Assembly (NCBI GenBank): GCA_976551045.1 | Contig: CDPCPM010000114.1 | Coordinates: 21,080,001 to 21,144,000, forward strand | DNA: 64,000 nt | Source: Glaucostegus cemiculus | Taxonomy: Eukaryota | Direction of reading: 5' to 3' | Part shown: in pieces, positions 1 through 13,164 of the stretch | Position numbering within the stretch: the stretch's first letter is position 1 | How the letters are laid out: each line of letters begins with the position of its first letter | Program-made: the position numbers and the translations under genes | The notes under the pieces: model-generated | What the model was told of the DNA's origin: nothing | The model's input: the letters and a program-made list of their open reading frames with translations, nothing else | The model's database searches: none

Positions 1-960
1 CTCAATGCCATCCACAGTAGAAAATTCCAAAGACTCACCATCCTCTGAGTGAAGGAATTTCTCTTTATTTCATTGTTAAGTAGTCTATCTCTTATTCCGA
101 GACTGTGCCCCATTTCCGGACTCCTCAGTCAGGGAAACACCCTCCCTGCATTCAGCCTGTCAAACTCTTGTCAAAATTTTGCAGGTTTCAATTAGATCTC
201 TTATTTTCTAAATTCTAGAAAACATAGTCCCAGTCTACTAAATCTTTCTTTATATAGCAAACCTGCCGTCCTTGGAACCAGCCTAGTGAATCAAATGCAA
301 GCAATTCGTTTTTAGGTAAGGACACCAAATCTGCACACAATACTCCAGATGTGCTCTTACATAATTGCAGTAAGGCATCTTTACTCCTGTACTCAAATCC
401 TCTCATAAACCTTCCTCATCTCTTGCTACATCCACATGTTGGCTTTCAGTGGCTTGCAGCACACTTCAGTCCCTTGAGAGATTAGGAATGTTGACGTTCA
501 CTTAAAAAGTACTTTGCTTTCCTGTTTTGTGCACCAAAATAGTTAACTTCCCATTTTCCCTCATTGTCTTGCTACTATTGTCTCACCAATTCACTCAGCT
601 TGCTACGTTCCCTTGAAGCCTCTTTAAATCCTCCTCCCCAATTACAATCTAACCCAGTTTTGTATCAACAAAAATGGAAGTATGACATTTGGCTGGGCTG
701 CAGACAATGATCTCGGTGCAGACTGCCAACCTGAGAAAGATCTGTTTAGTACCCACTTTTTGCTTTCTGTCTGATAACTGACTGTTAGTCCATGTCAGTA
801 TACCAGTGCCAGCTCCATGTGCTCTAATCTTGTTGACCAAGATCCTGAGTATGCTTTTAATAGTCTTCCGAAAATCCAATGCACTTTGCACACCAGTTTC
901 TCATTATCTATACCATTAGTCACATCCCCAAAGAACTCCAGTAGATTAGTCAAACATGAC
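1..960 (-). mobile_element. Highly degraded CR1 LINE fragment
   Basis: Residual CR1 RT and 3' end motifs on the minus strand (ttcactcagaggatggtgagtctttggaattttcta; WTNSQLSDRKQKV-like peptide in ORF 649..891). Confidence 0.65.
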
Positions 961-1149
961 ATCCCATTCATGCTTTGTTCTAAGTTCTATTAGACCACAT
1001 GCAGGCAAACGTGCAGTTTAAATTGGCACCAGGGTCAGCACAGACATCATCATGGGACAAAAGGCCTGTTCCTGTGCTCTACGGTTCCACATTCTGAGTC
1101 TGCTCAATATTATTATATTCCTTCCAAGGTGTTTATTACGTCCGTAAAT

Positions 1150-1570
1150 GGGAAAACTATTATTGTTAAACAGTGACCCCTAGTTCTAAATTCTCCCACA
1201 AGAGGAAACATCCTCTCCCTATCTAACCTATCAAGGCTTAGAATCATACAACACAGAAACAGGCCCTTCTGCCCAACTGGTCCACACCTACCACTGTGCC
1301 TGTTTAAGCTAGTCCCATTTGCCTGCATTTAGCCCATATCCCTCTAAACCTTCCATATCCATGTACCTGTCCAGGCACCTTTCAAATGTTGCTGTTGTAC
1401 CTGCCTCAAGTACTTTCTCCGGCAGCTTAATCCATATAATGACCACTGTCTGGGTGAAAACGTTGCCCCTCAAGTTCCTATTACATCTCTTGCTTCTCAC
1501 CTTAAAGCTATGCCCTCTAATTCTCAATTTCCCAACCCTGGGAAAAAGACTGTGTGCATTCACCCTATCT
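1150..1570 (-). mobile_element. CR1 LINE 3' fragments
   Basis: Peptides LFPRVGKLRIRGHSFKV and DRERMFPLVGEFRTRGH, typical of the CR1 ORF2 C-terminus. Confidence 0.8.
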
Positions 1571-2759
1571 AATGTTATACACCTCTACAAGATTCCCCTA
1601 CACTCATTACATCTTAAATGTTTCAGTCAAGTCATTGCTCAGTCTTCTAAACTCTTTGGGTTAACTACAAATTGGCTAAGCTGCTTGGCTTCAAGTAAGC
1701 TGATGTCGAGAGATGGGGGGTTGGGGGAGCAGTTAGAAGAGAGAACCAGACCATTGTCAATAGATCACGAAGGAACAGGTTTGCCTTGAGAATCAACTGT
1801 TTAGGCCCATAAAGCTCTAAAATTCCATCCAACCAATTGAAGATTTGAATACAACATTCACTGGCCAAAGTTAGTCCTTGTTTGCCTCACCTACCTACCT
1901 GGGAGAACGTGACCTGGCACTACGACTATTTCTAACCTTCCGAGACCATCAGCTCACAGGACTGAACCCTAGATGTATCTCAGACCTGGGGATGGGATGT
2001 TCACTTCCTACTGCAGATATATTGAAGGCTGCTGCTGCTGCCTTAAGGAGGTGCAGCTCTGCAGAAGGAACTTTGCAAGTCCCTCAGTGTTTAACAGGCA
2101 CCAAGAGGAAGCACGAACTGAGAGCTGGCCCCTTGAGAGGGACTTCAGTGACACGGGACCATAACAAGCCCATTACTTCCTATTAACTACCTTTGCTCAG
2201 AGACCCTTGATGCTCTCAACCAATTCAAATCTCTGGCAATAGGATGGGAAGCCTCTTTAACCAGGGTCCCATTTGATCTCACAGACAAAGCTCCATCCTG
2301 CCTCAATGGAGCTGTGCGACCTACAGTTCAATCCCAGCACGTGACCAAACCACTGAGCAACAGGCTCTGCTGAATACAGAGGAATTTCATTCAGAACTGG
2401 CACTCCAGCCTGTAACATACGCCGTGTGGGATTGAACGTGTGAGTAGTGGGTTCTTCAACAACTTCTCGCACATCCCGCTAAGCAGAGGGTGGTGGGCAC
2501 AGAGACTGGGGAAACAAAATGGCTTCATGAGGAGGAATCCCACCTCGACGCTACATGTCGACAGAAGGTGGAGAGAGCTGCAGGCAGGGCGATCAGAGAG
2601 CACACCAGCCTTGATTATTTCCATAGGAGAAGTAAGGGGAAGAGGCAAAACAGCCAACTGAAGTAAGAATTCTGGAAAATCACGAGGGTACGTGTGAGGT
2701 GCTCATGAGAAAGCCTGGGCAAGGAGTGGGCTTGGGAGTCCTGTTTTTTTTTAAACAAA

Positions 2760-3020
2760 GATATCCCCACAAACAGCAGCAATCAGATAATCTGCTCTTC
2801 AGCTGGTTGAGGAATAACTACTGACCAAGACACCAGAAAAACCTGCCCTACTCTCATATGAGAGTCCACGAGATCTTGTAAGGAAGACGGGCCTCAATGC
2901 AGGGTCTTCTCCAACAGGACAGTATCCTCCCAGACTGTTGGCCTCAAATACCTCCTCAAGGTTCCAGCATGGGACAAACACACAACCTTCTGATTTGGTG
3001 ACCACAGCTGAGCTACAACC
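2760..3020 (-). mobile_element. DeuSINE (SacSINE1-like) remnant
   Basis: Reverse complement of the Deu-domain-type sequence (gtcttggtcagtagttattcctcaaccagc...gattatctgattgctgctgtttgtggg). Confidence 0.55.
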
Positions 3021-3029
3021 ATACAAAGT

Positions 3030-3620
3030 TTAGATTAGATTAGATTAGATTCACCTTATTGTCATTTCTTTGAGTATTTACATACACAAAAAAATGAAAT
3101 ACTGTTTCTCGCCAGTTCATGTCAGTGCACAAAAGGACAGTGATAAATATCTAAAATAGTCTAAAAAATCTCTAGAAACAACACTAAAAACATAACAACA
3201 CCACATATTCATGTCTGTTTAAAGTGCATCTATGTACTAATAAATGCTTATACAGTTCAAGATGAAGTTCAACTTATCATGTAACTAATATTAAACTGTT
3301 TCTGTGTTTATGTGAGTATATATGTGTGTGGAGGGAGAGCTTGTCGGTGGAAGTGGAAGGGGACACAGTCCATTTATGATCCTGACTGCTTGTGGGGGAA
3401 AAGCTGTTCAGAAACCTACTAGATCTAGAACAGATGCTCCGATACCTCTTCCCCAACAGCAGGAGGGAAAACAGGTCGTGAGAAGGATGATGAAAATCCT
3501 TAATAATGGCCATAGCTCTGCGAACACAGCGTTGTTGATAGATCTCTCTCAAAAGGGGAGAGGGGCACCGATGATCCTGCTAGCTGTCTTCACCATCCTG
3601 TTGAGCTGCTGTTGTTCGTA
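3030..3620 (-). mobile_element. Rex1/Babar-type LINE, 5'-truncated, (ATCTA)n tail
   Basis: Peptides LNRMVKTASRIIGAPLP and IIKDFHHPSHDLFSLL..GKRYRSI; tandem TAGAT tail at 3031-3051. Confidence 0.8.
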
Positions 3621-3641
3621 AGTCAAGAATGAACTCAAAAC

Positions 3642-3857
3642 TGGAGACACAGGAGACTGCAGTTGCTGGAATCTGAAGCGATGAACAAACTGCTGGAGGA
3701 TTTCAGCAGGTTGAGCAGCATCTGTGGGGGTGGGGTGGGGGGAGGGGAAAGAATTGAAGTCTTGATGCAGGGTTTTGACCCAAAATGTTGACAATTCCTT
3801 CCCTCCCTCAGATGCTGCTCGACCCGCCGAGTTCCTTCAGCAGGTGGTTTGTTGCTG
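3642..3857. mobile_element. Penelope-derived palindromic element with degenerate hammerhead motif (+ strand, 3759-3792)
   Basis: Inverted arms (aactgctggaggatttcagcaggttgagcagcatctg / cagatgctgctcgacccgccgagttccttcagcaggt); gtcTTGATGCAGGGttttgaCCCAAAATGTTgac. Confidence 0.7.
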
Positions 3858-4109
3858 TGAACTCAAAACTGTCGGATGAGGCAGTTGACAAAGCTTATTT
3901 TTATTCCCAAGTGCCACAGATGCAATAATAAGCTTTCCCAAGGTGCTGCTTCCGGTGCAAAACACCATATAAACCAGTCAGCAGGACCTCCAAATTTTTA
4001 AGTGCAGCTGAATTAATAACAGGAAGCATGGGGGAGAGCTGCATCTGTCGTTCAGGCAGTCTCTGAGGGGCAAGCACACAGCAGGGTGAAAAATGGGGCA
4101 GGGAATCAA

Positions 4110-4322
4110 ATCCAGGGCAACAAACAATCTGCTGGAAGAACTCAGCGGGTCGAGCAGCATCTGGGGAATGAAAGGAATCGTCGACGTTTCGTGTCAAAAC
4201 CCTGCATCAGGTTCTGACCCAAAACACTGGCAATTCCTTTCCCCTCCACAGATGCTGCTTGTCTGAGTTCCTCCAGCAGACTGCTTGTTGCTCCAGATTC
4301 CAGCATCTGCAGTCTCTTATGT
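4110..4322. mobile_element. Penelope-derived palindromic element with hammerhead motif (- strand, 4180-4213)
   Basis: Inverted arms; minus strand reads CTGATGC AGGG TTTTGA CAC GAAAC GTC GAC. Confidence 0.75.
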
Positions 4323-4807
4323 CGCTAATCAAATCCAGGAATTGTCTTGCATAACCCCTTTGTGCAGACAATTCCAGTTCTCTTAAAGTGCCAGGCTTTG
4401 CCCAAGGCTGATCCTGATAAGGAGATTCATTTTTGCTTGGAAATCGTTCTACAAACATCACCGTCACAGTGTTTAATACTCTTATCCCACTCTTGAAATC
4501 TGGCTCTGGATGTACTGTGTGGCCTGCTGGGTTTGGTTTGTACATCATGCAGTACTTCCTTGCAGGCAGTTCATCGGGATCAAGTAGGATTTGGCCCCAT
4601 GACAAGTTCTGTGGCTTCTAGTGCATGGTCGAGGTTCCTAGTGCCGTCTGGGGTCCTAAGGTGACTGGTGAAGCTCATGTGTGACCCACAGATTTTATCA
4701 CAGGAACATGTGGGAGGGCGAGATGGATTTACAGTTCTCAGTGCATCCAAAATACTCTTCCTCTATGCCGAGTAGCCATGGGTCGGAGATTCCATTGCTC
4801 CGTTGGG

Positions 4808-5406
4808 AATCAGAATCAGAATCAGAATCAGTTTTATTGTCACAACCATATACATACATGGTACGCATAGGAGCGAGATACCGTCCTCCACAGGAACACG
4901 TCTCATAGAAAAGAATAACATAACAACCAACAGAGAGACACATACACACTTGGCAGAATACACAGTACAAAACATTACTCATTAGTTCTTACATAAATAG
5001 ATCTTAAAGTGAACGGGCTGGTGTCAGGCATTTAAAGTGCTGGTGCATTTCTGTGCACCTAGCATCTCCTAGTGTTAACAAAGGAAGATGGAGGGATGAG
5101 AGAGTTTGCAGTTCTTATGGCTTGCGGAAAGAAGCTATTGTTCAGCCTGGACGTTCTTGCCCTGATACATTTAAGCCTCCTCCCTGATGGCAAAATTGTG
5201 AAGAGGTGGTGGGAGGGGTGAGAGGGGTCGGCCATTATGCTTTTTGTCTTCCTCACACAACGGTCTTTGTATATGTCTGCGAGGGATGGAAGCGAGACAC
5301 CTATGATCCACTCCGCAGCCTTAACTATCTTCTGGAGGGACTTCCGCCCAGCAGCTGAGCAGCTTCCAAACCAAACAGAGATACATTGAGTTAGGATGCT
5401 CTCAAT
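4808..5406 (-). mobile_element. Young Rex1/Babar LINE 3' fragment, (CTGATT)n tail
   Basis: Peptide [47 protein letters not shown]; near-identical to copies at 26453-27825 and 47477-48157; AATCAG at both ends. Confidence 0.9.
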
Positions 5407-5927
5407 CAGTTCCCGTGACTGAGCCCAGGATAATGTCTCTGTTTCAGGAGTCTGAAACTTTCTTGGAGATGGTTATGGGGCAGGTGTAGGGCCAGGAATG
5501 GGGGGGTGGGATTGCGAGCAGGAGTTCCTACACATCCAAAGCTGTCACCACCAGCTATCCAGCACCTTGGGCCTGTCCAGAGGAAATTGCGATGCCCAGC
5601 AACAGTGAGGGCTTTTCACAGAGCTGGAAGACAAGGGATGAAGTGAGTTGGAGGAGCAGGTGGTGAGGAGACAGGAGAAAAGTTGTGGAGGTTGGCGAGG
5701 AAGAGAGAGAGAGAGGGAGGGAGAAGGGGCTGGTGCAGGAAGGAAGAGGACAAACAGCAGAGTGGAGGGGTGTGAGGGAGAGTGAGTGAGGGAGGATGGC
5801 TGGAGGACTGATTAGTGAACAAGCTAGAACCAGAGCCTGCATTTTTGCTCCAATGAGCCCAAGTTTACTTTGCTTTCAATGGTTAAACATTCATAGCCAA
5901 TTCAAAGGCTGGCTTCAAAATGCTTCC

Positions 5928-6259
5928 TGGGCTCATAACATTGGGGGAGGGCCACTGTGAGTGAAGAGCTTTGAACGGGAATGGTCATATTCTTTCCCCC
6001 AGAGCAGAGGAGTCTAAAACTAAAAGGTGTTCGTTTAATGTGAGAGGGGAAAAATTTAAAGGGGACCCGAGGGGTAACCTTCCCAATTGGCAACACTTGG
6101 AGATGTTCTAGGCTGCAGATTGAGATGGCGATAGATCAGACACTTTCAAGGTGTCACCGGAAATTCCCTGACAAGTGCAGTCAACAAGCTTCTAGACTGT
6201 GACCATTCCCCTTCAAAGCTCTTCACTCACAGTGGCCCTCCCCCAGTGGTATGTGGCCA
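5928..6259. repeat. Inverted repeat pair (46 bp core, 1 mismatch) enclosing a CR1 fragment
   Basis: 5942-5987 is the reverse complement of 6200-6245 apart from one base. Confidence 0.9.
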
Positions 6260-7364
6260 TTTAAAAAATGGGTGAATTTGATGGCTCCAGCAAGGGACCT
6301 TGTGCTCTATGTGCACCCCCACTGTGCACTTACCTTTCTCAAAACAACTGGGTGGCAAAGCACGACTGTGAATCTGACCATCAAATCCCTCCACCCTCTG
6401 CAGTTTCCCAATGATTGATCCAGGGAAATAAATTTGAATCTTATCATGACAGCTGGAAATTTAAAATTAATTAAATAAATCTGAAGTTAAAGCTAGCCTT
6501 GGCAACAATAGCCAGGAGACTAGTGGATTTTTATGACAATCTACCCAGTTTTCAAATTCCTTCAGAGAAAGGAATCTGCCATCCTTATCCAGCCTGGCCT
6601 ATATGTGTGACTTCAGACATCGCCACAGTGGTTGACTCTTAGCTACTTTAGTCTGGGGTCAATTAACTTTGGATAGTTAATGCCAACGTTGCCAATGATG
6701 TCCACACTGTGACTGAATAAATTATAAAAAAATACCCTATTGCTTCCTCATCTCAGGCAACATCTATCTCATGAACTATTTGCAAAAATAAATCGACATT
6801 ATCTACTGGGGTGCCAGTGAAAGAGTTGGCAGCCAGATTGTATCTCATGCCTTGCTGTCTCAGCCTTGGAAAGTTCAAATGATCCTTGTTCTCTGCAGCC
6901 TTTTGGCAGACTGAATTCCACTCCTCATTGTGAGAAACTTTTCCTGAATTGTCTTGCTCTGGTGTTAAGATTGTTTTCCTTGTTCTGGATTCCACCACCT
7001 AAGTAAGGAAGTTTCTAGAGATCTAAATCCTTTTGGTATTTTAAACATCTCAATCACCTCACTCAGTGTTTTTTAAAACTCAATGGTATAGAAACCAAGG
7101 TCTTCATAATTTAACCTTGCAAGTCTCAGTGTTATTCTGCACTAGACCTTCAAGACAGTACCCAGAACTGAATAGTTCACTGTTTAAATTTGTTGTTGTC
7201 GTAGGCATACACACAATTCGCCAGAAGACATCTGACCAAGACTCTATACAAGTGAAGCTTAATTTCTTCGTCTATGTATTCCATGAGAAAAGGGCAAACA
7301 TTCTATTAGCCCTTCTGTTTTTTTTAATATATCTGTCTACCTCAAGTGACTTAAGAATATAGAG

Positions 7365-7532
7365 GAACGAAGGACTGCAGATGCTGGAATCTAGATGACA
7401 AACACAATGAGGCTGGAGGAACTCAGCAGGCCGGGTGAACATTACGGGTCCTGACCTGAAATGTTGACCACCTGCTTTTCTCCACGGATGCTGCCTGGCT
7501 TACTGAGTTCCTCCAGCATCATCATGTTTTTG
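7365..7532. mobile_element. Penelope-derived palindromic element
   Basis: ctgcagatgctggaatctag...gctggaggaactcagcaggcc with inverted partner ggatgctgcctggcttactgagttcctccagc; partial motif cctgaaatgttgac. Confidence 0.7.
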
Positions 7533-8457
7533 ACTTATGAGTATATATACCCGTCAGAGATGTGTTTACTTGATCCCAGATCTCTTTGCTACTCCACAGA
7601 TGTGATTTTCTCCCCATTTAGATAACACTCTGACCCGTCTTTCTTGGGTACAAAGTGGGAGACCTCACACTCTTCCACACTGAACTCCATTTACTATGAA
7701 GTTTACTTGTCCACTCGTTGAATCCATCCCTTTTATTAGCCCACCTTTTTGACTGTCATTAACCAAGTATCCACTCCATGGATAAACTGTGACAGCTCAG
7801 GCTGCAATGATGAACGTGGTTATGGCCTTCAAAAACAAATTAACAAGGCCCCCCTTATGTTTGTGGGCAAAAAATAGGGAGGGACTGCTCAACATCACAC
7901 TATTAGCCGGACAGGAGCTTGCTAATTGGTGCCTACTGCATGGATAGTGGGATTCTTCATCTCCACAGGATGCTTGTCTCCATTCTCTCACTGGAAGGGC
8001 AATGAGACCAAAGCTTCACTCCATTGTAGGTAGATGCATGGAGCTACACGTGATCATTAACTAAGGTGGGTCGCAATTGATAGGAATGTTGTTGCGTCTT
8101 CCACCAAGTTTTCAATATACGTCTTCTTGACATGTCTGTGCATATCCTTGTTCTAACCCAAGGCAAGTGACTGAACCAATATCCTTTCCAACCCAAACAC
8201 TGCCTGTGATGTTGTCGGTTGCTATCCCCACCTCAGCCCACCCATTGCTGACACACACAATCCTCCCTCTGACTCCATCACTGGCCTCCAATTAGTCAGT
8301 CATTCCAAGTTCTGACACCTGTGCCCAAGATATTAAAATGAAGTTCCACGTGCCCCCTCAAGTCAGTGGAAAAAAATCCACAGCACTATTCCAAAGGAAA
8401 CAGGAGGGTTTTTCCAGTGTCCTTGTCAATACTCACCCTTCAATTAAGTCCTAAAAA

Positions 8458-8555
8458 CAGATGAAGGGTCTTCAATCAGAAACGTTGACTCGGTTTCTCT
8501 CCCCACAGATGTGGCCTGACCTGCTGAGTACTTCCAGCATTTTCTGTTTCTATTC
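8458..8555 (+). mobile_element. Penelope-derived end fragment with degenerate hammerhead, inserted in a DeuSINE (~8350-8700)
   Basis: CAGATGAAGGG...GAAACGTTGACT followed by ccacagatgtggcctgacctgctgagtacttccagcattttctg. Confidence 0.65.
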
Positions 8556-9119
8556 TAAGACCAGAGGATCCAATTCATTCCTGTCAATGGCATCTTGCCA
8601 TGTTCTTACATTACATGAGCAATTATGGCTTAAGAGAACTTCACTGGATACAAAGCAGTTGTGACACCCTAATATTGTCAAATACTCAGAAATGCATTTA
8701 CCTTGAATCATCCATCATTCATGCCACTATTCTCGCCAACCTTCATTGGCCCATAGCTCCCCCAACCTCAATTTAAACGTTCACCTCTACCCTCTCTCTA
8801 CAACCTCCTCCACTTCTACACCTTCACCATGATGCCCAAACTCCAATTGCTCTGACCCCAATCCCAGCTGTTTCACTCCAGCTGCCTATATTGCCCCTCC
8901 TTGAAGTCCCCACCTGCTTCTCTCTTAGGCCCTCCTGAAATGCCATCCCTTTGGCAGAGTTTATGGTTACCCCTTGTAATGTCTGTGCCTTTGTCAGATT
9001 CACTTCTTGCATTTGTAAACTGCCCTAGAATTGGTTCCAACACTAAAGCCCCTCTAAAATACTAGCCATTCCAAAAGGATCCAGAAGAACAGTAAATGAT
9101 GGAACACATTTTCTGATAA

Positions 9120-9420
9120 GGTATTTATTTATTAGTCACATGCACATCGAAACACACAGTGAAATGCATCTTTTTGCGTATATTGAGAATGTGCTGGGAG
9201 GGGCAGCCCGCAAATGTCTCCACTCTTCCGGCACCAATGCAGCATGCCCACAGCTCCTAACCAGTACGTCTTTGGAATATGGGAGGAAATCAGAACACCC
9301 AAAGGAAACACACGCAGACATGGGGAGAATGTAGAAACTCCTTACAAGCAGCGGCGGGAATTAACCCTGGGTTGCTGGCGCTGTAATAGCGTTACGCTAA
9401 CTGCCACACTACTGTACCAC
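9120..9420 (-). mobile_element. tRNA-derived V-SINE
   Basis: V-domain (ggaggaaatcagaacacccaaaggaaacacacgcagacatggggagaatgtagaaactcc) and tRNA-like head on the minus strand. Confidence 0.7.
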
Positions 9421-9539
9421 CCATGCAGCTAATTCCACTGCTCCAATGAAAGTAGTTTCCAGTAAAAGCAGTGGAGCTCTGTGAATATTCCAGCAGGCTC
9501 CACAACTGTGCCAATGTGGAGCAACAGCAGCCATCAGAA

Positions 9540-9850
9540 TCAGAAGTTGCCACACCCGCTGCTGCACTGTCAGGGGTACTGCCTTTCCCATGGGATGTCA
9601 CTCAAATCCCCAGTCTACCCTCTCGGGGATGTAAAAGGTCCCACAACACTATTGCAATGACAATAATATTGTATAGCTCCCCCATCAACCAAAATCACTA
9701 AAAATGAATGGCCTGGTCATTTACTCTGTTTGTCATTTGTGTGGGAACTTGTGAGACGTGAATTGCTACACTTTTTAAAATTGCAAACCATTGATGATAA
9801 AATACTTCACAATGCTCTACAGAGAAGGCACTGTACAAGTTCATACACCT
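9540..9850 (+). mobile_element. DeuSINE (SacSINE1-like) remnant
   Basis: ggatgtaaaaggtcccacaacactatt...ctggtcatt...tttgtgtgggaacttg. Confidence 0.6.
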
Positions 9851-11984
9851 GCCATATAAGGAGTTGTTATTGAAGTAGGGAGTCAGTAGATGGCTTCTGG
9901 CCGCTCCCCCCCACCCACCGCCACTGGCAGCAATACGTAGTTGTGCTGGTGCATTATTACACAACAACACGTTCAGACCCCAATATCCAGGGCCACACCG
10001 AGACTAACTGACGCAAGCCACTCAGATGTGCAACCTCAAGGAAGGCCAAGAGGTTCACCCCCATTGGATTGATAAAAACTTGTATTTAAAAACAAACCAT
10101 TGCAATGACACTTTAGGAGTCGGATTTTAAGCAGCATAGAATTCTGTTTTAGGAATGCTCCAAGATTAGAAAGGAAGGTTACAGACTTGTCACTGTTGCC
10201 CTGGTAATTGTGGGGGAGCACCAGAATTGTAATAAGATCTTCAGAGCTCATACAGCTCTCTGCAACGTGGAGGAGATAATTGTGTTGAAAATAAATTAAC
10301 AGACAATATCACCAGCCAGGATGTATTTTCCACAAATAACACAATAACTCACTTTTCTGCAAATCTAAAATGAAAAACAAGTACTATTCAACAAATAAAA
10401 TCCAATGGGTACCGTGCACATGTGCAAACAAGAGGAATTTGTGCTGGGGGACAACAATCCAAGACAAGAGCCCACTCAGAGATCCTCACACTTCCCAAAG
10501 CTAACAACATGCACCCCTGGATAACCCCTCGCGTTCACACAATGAATCCGGGTAATGCAGTTAACCCCTACTCTACCAAACGACGGAGAGCGTCAACCAC
10601 ACAGAATGAACCCATGACAACTTGGTCTTATCCAGTGCCTTGATAAAGTGAAACACTTGTGGAATGATAGTATAGGGGAGGAGGCCATTCCTCATTTAGA
10701 GTCCCTGACAGCTCTTTGAGGAGCAAGCTAGTCTACCTCTCCACTGTTTCACAGGACCACAACAACTGACACAGAGCCAAGGTTGGAAGATGAGGACAAA
10801 GAATTAAGGGCCTGGTTAAAGAGCAAGTGCGCAAAGAGCGTTTCAAAGGTGAAGCAGCTGCTCCGTATTAAGGATGCATCTGGCAGGAGTCAGGCCTTTC
10901 CTGAGGAAGGGAAAACCAAAACAAAAATGTTATTGCGAATCAAATGGCTGTGTGTCAGTGTCCCTTGTGAACAGCTGGATGCAGGAACCACTGAGACTCT
11001 TAGATGTTGGAGGTGCAAGGCCAGAAAAGCACCATGTATAGACTACACACCATCAACATGACCACAACTTTCAACAAGTAGATATCAGATGGGCCAAGAC
11101 CAGCTCTCCCATTGATCATTTGTTATTCTCTGATGACATCAGATCCCTCACTCCATCAAACTTCTCATCCTTGTTCAACTCCCTTCATAATCTTGCAATC
11201 CACAGTCCACCACCACCTCTAGCCCTTGGCCCCATCTCTAAATCCTTTGATATCTTTTCTCCCATTGGCCAGAAGCACAGCTGATAAGCCTTATGACCCC
11301 GTACTCAGGTTTCCCTTTCTTAAAATTCCACCTCTTATCTCTATCTCTCTTTCCCTCTCACTTCCTTAAAACACCTACCGACTTGTCTAAGCCCTTTGTC
11401 AGATCCTGTTCCTCAGTCTCCATCTTCCGGTTCTACTTAAATTTGATATTTACCCCTGTAGCTTCAAACAGCTCAATGTGGTAAAGAATGTCACTGCTGT
11501 TATGGGACTTTGCTGTGCACATACTGATTACCTTGCATCCTGCAACTGTGTTCACACCCACAAAAGCATCTTTTTAAATGCAATTTTCATAATGAAATTC
11601 ATAATTGTGAAAAGCACTATGCAAATGCAAAGTCATTCTTTCAGCTACTGAGGATGAAGCTCCTGTTACACAGAGCAAACAGTGATATGACGTGCCTGTC
11701 GCAGTGTACTGGAGGCACTGTGGGAAACCCAATAACATGAGAAATAGAACAAGATTGGGATCGTCACATCTATGGAATGGGGATGGGGGAAGTCGCGCTT
11801 AATGGTTGAACAAGGAAACTGTACTTAAAGCATAGAACTGTTGCTGAGAAGCAACTATTAATGCCCTCTCTATGTGTATATATAATTATATATGTTTATT
11901 TTAAGGTTAAATTCCAGACAACCAGCACTAGAACATTAAAAACTGGTATTTAAAACCAACCATTGCAATTGACAATCCACAAGA

Positions 11985-13025
11985 CTATAAGGTATAGGAG
12001 CAGAATTAGACCATTCAGCCCATTGAGTCTGTTCCACAATTCAATCATGACTGAATTTTCAACCCTTCTCCCCATAACCCTTAACCCCCTTACCAATCAA
12101 GAACCTATCAATCTCTGCCTTAAACATACCTAATGACTTGGCCTCCACAGCCCTCTGTGACAACGAATTCCACAGATTCTCCACCTTCTGGCTGAAGAAG
12201 TTCCTCTTCATCTCAGTTTATTGTCCTTTATTCTAAGGCTGTGCCCTCAGATCCTGGAATCCCCTACTAATGGAAACATTCTCTCCATGTCCACTCTGTC
12301 CAGGACTTCCAGTATCCTGTAGGTTTCAATGCGATTCCCCCTTCATCCTTCTGAACTCCCATCGAGTACTGGCCCGGAGACATCAAACGCTCCTCATGTG
12401 TTAAGCCTTTCATTCCTGGGATCATTCTTGTGAACCTCCTCTGGACCCTCTCCAGGGCCAGCACATCCTTCCTTATGTACGGGGCCCAAAATTGCTCACA
12501 ATATTCCAAATGTGGTCTGACCAATGCCTCAGCAGTACTTCCTTGCAGTTATATTCTAGTCCTCTCGAAATGAATGCTAACATTGCACTTGCCTTCTTCA
12601 CTACCGACTCAACTGCAAGTTAACCTTGAGGGATTCCTGAAATAGGACTCCCAAGTCCCTTTGCACCTCTTACTTCTGAAATTTCTCCCCATTTAGAAAA
12701 TAGTCTACTACTTTATTCTTCCTGCTAAACTGCATAACTTCACACTTCCCTACGCTGTATTCCATCAGCCACTTCTTTGCCTACGCTCGCAACCTGTCCG
12801 AGTCCTTCTGCAGCCTCCCTGCCTGTGACACTACCTTTTACCTCCACTCACCTTGGTATTGTCCGCAGATTTGGCCACAATGCCATCAGTTCCTTCATCC
12901 AGATCGTTAATGTATAAAGTGAAAAGATGGAAGTCCCAACACTGACCCCTGCAGAACTCCACTAGGCACCAACAGCCATCCTGAAAATGACCTCTTTATG
13001 CCCACTCTCCAGTCAGCCAATCTTC
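11985..13025 (-). mobile_element. CR1 LINE 3' ~1 kb
   Basis: Peptide VRPHLEYCEQFWAPYIRKDVLALERVQRRFTRMIPGMKGL; CR1 3' end with ctcctata tail. Confidence 0.9.
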
Positions 13026-13164
13026 TACTTCACTTTAGTAAACAAACGAGAGGGAGGGCATGAAGACTGTGGCCAAGTCGAACCCGCACTCGACACCAGC
13101 ATTTGCCAGTGGAATCTGCCGTACCGAGTCAGGCAGGCACAGATCAGAAGAGCTTCCCATCCCC

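Noticed and set aside
1640-2700. Cluster of 60-100 aa ORFs on both strands in apparently unique DNA
   Set aside because: No recognisable domain, no convincing splice-site pair, and stops in every extended frame
4807-4831. (GAATCA)n and (TAGAT)n arrays as telomere-like or CRISPR-like repeats
   Set aside because: They are 3' tails of LINE copies; there are no spacers and the context is eukaryotic
5555-5842. Hydrophobic/Pro-Ser-rich ORF with signal-peptide look
   Set aside because: Translation of a low-complexity purine/pyrimidine tract
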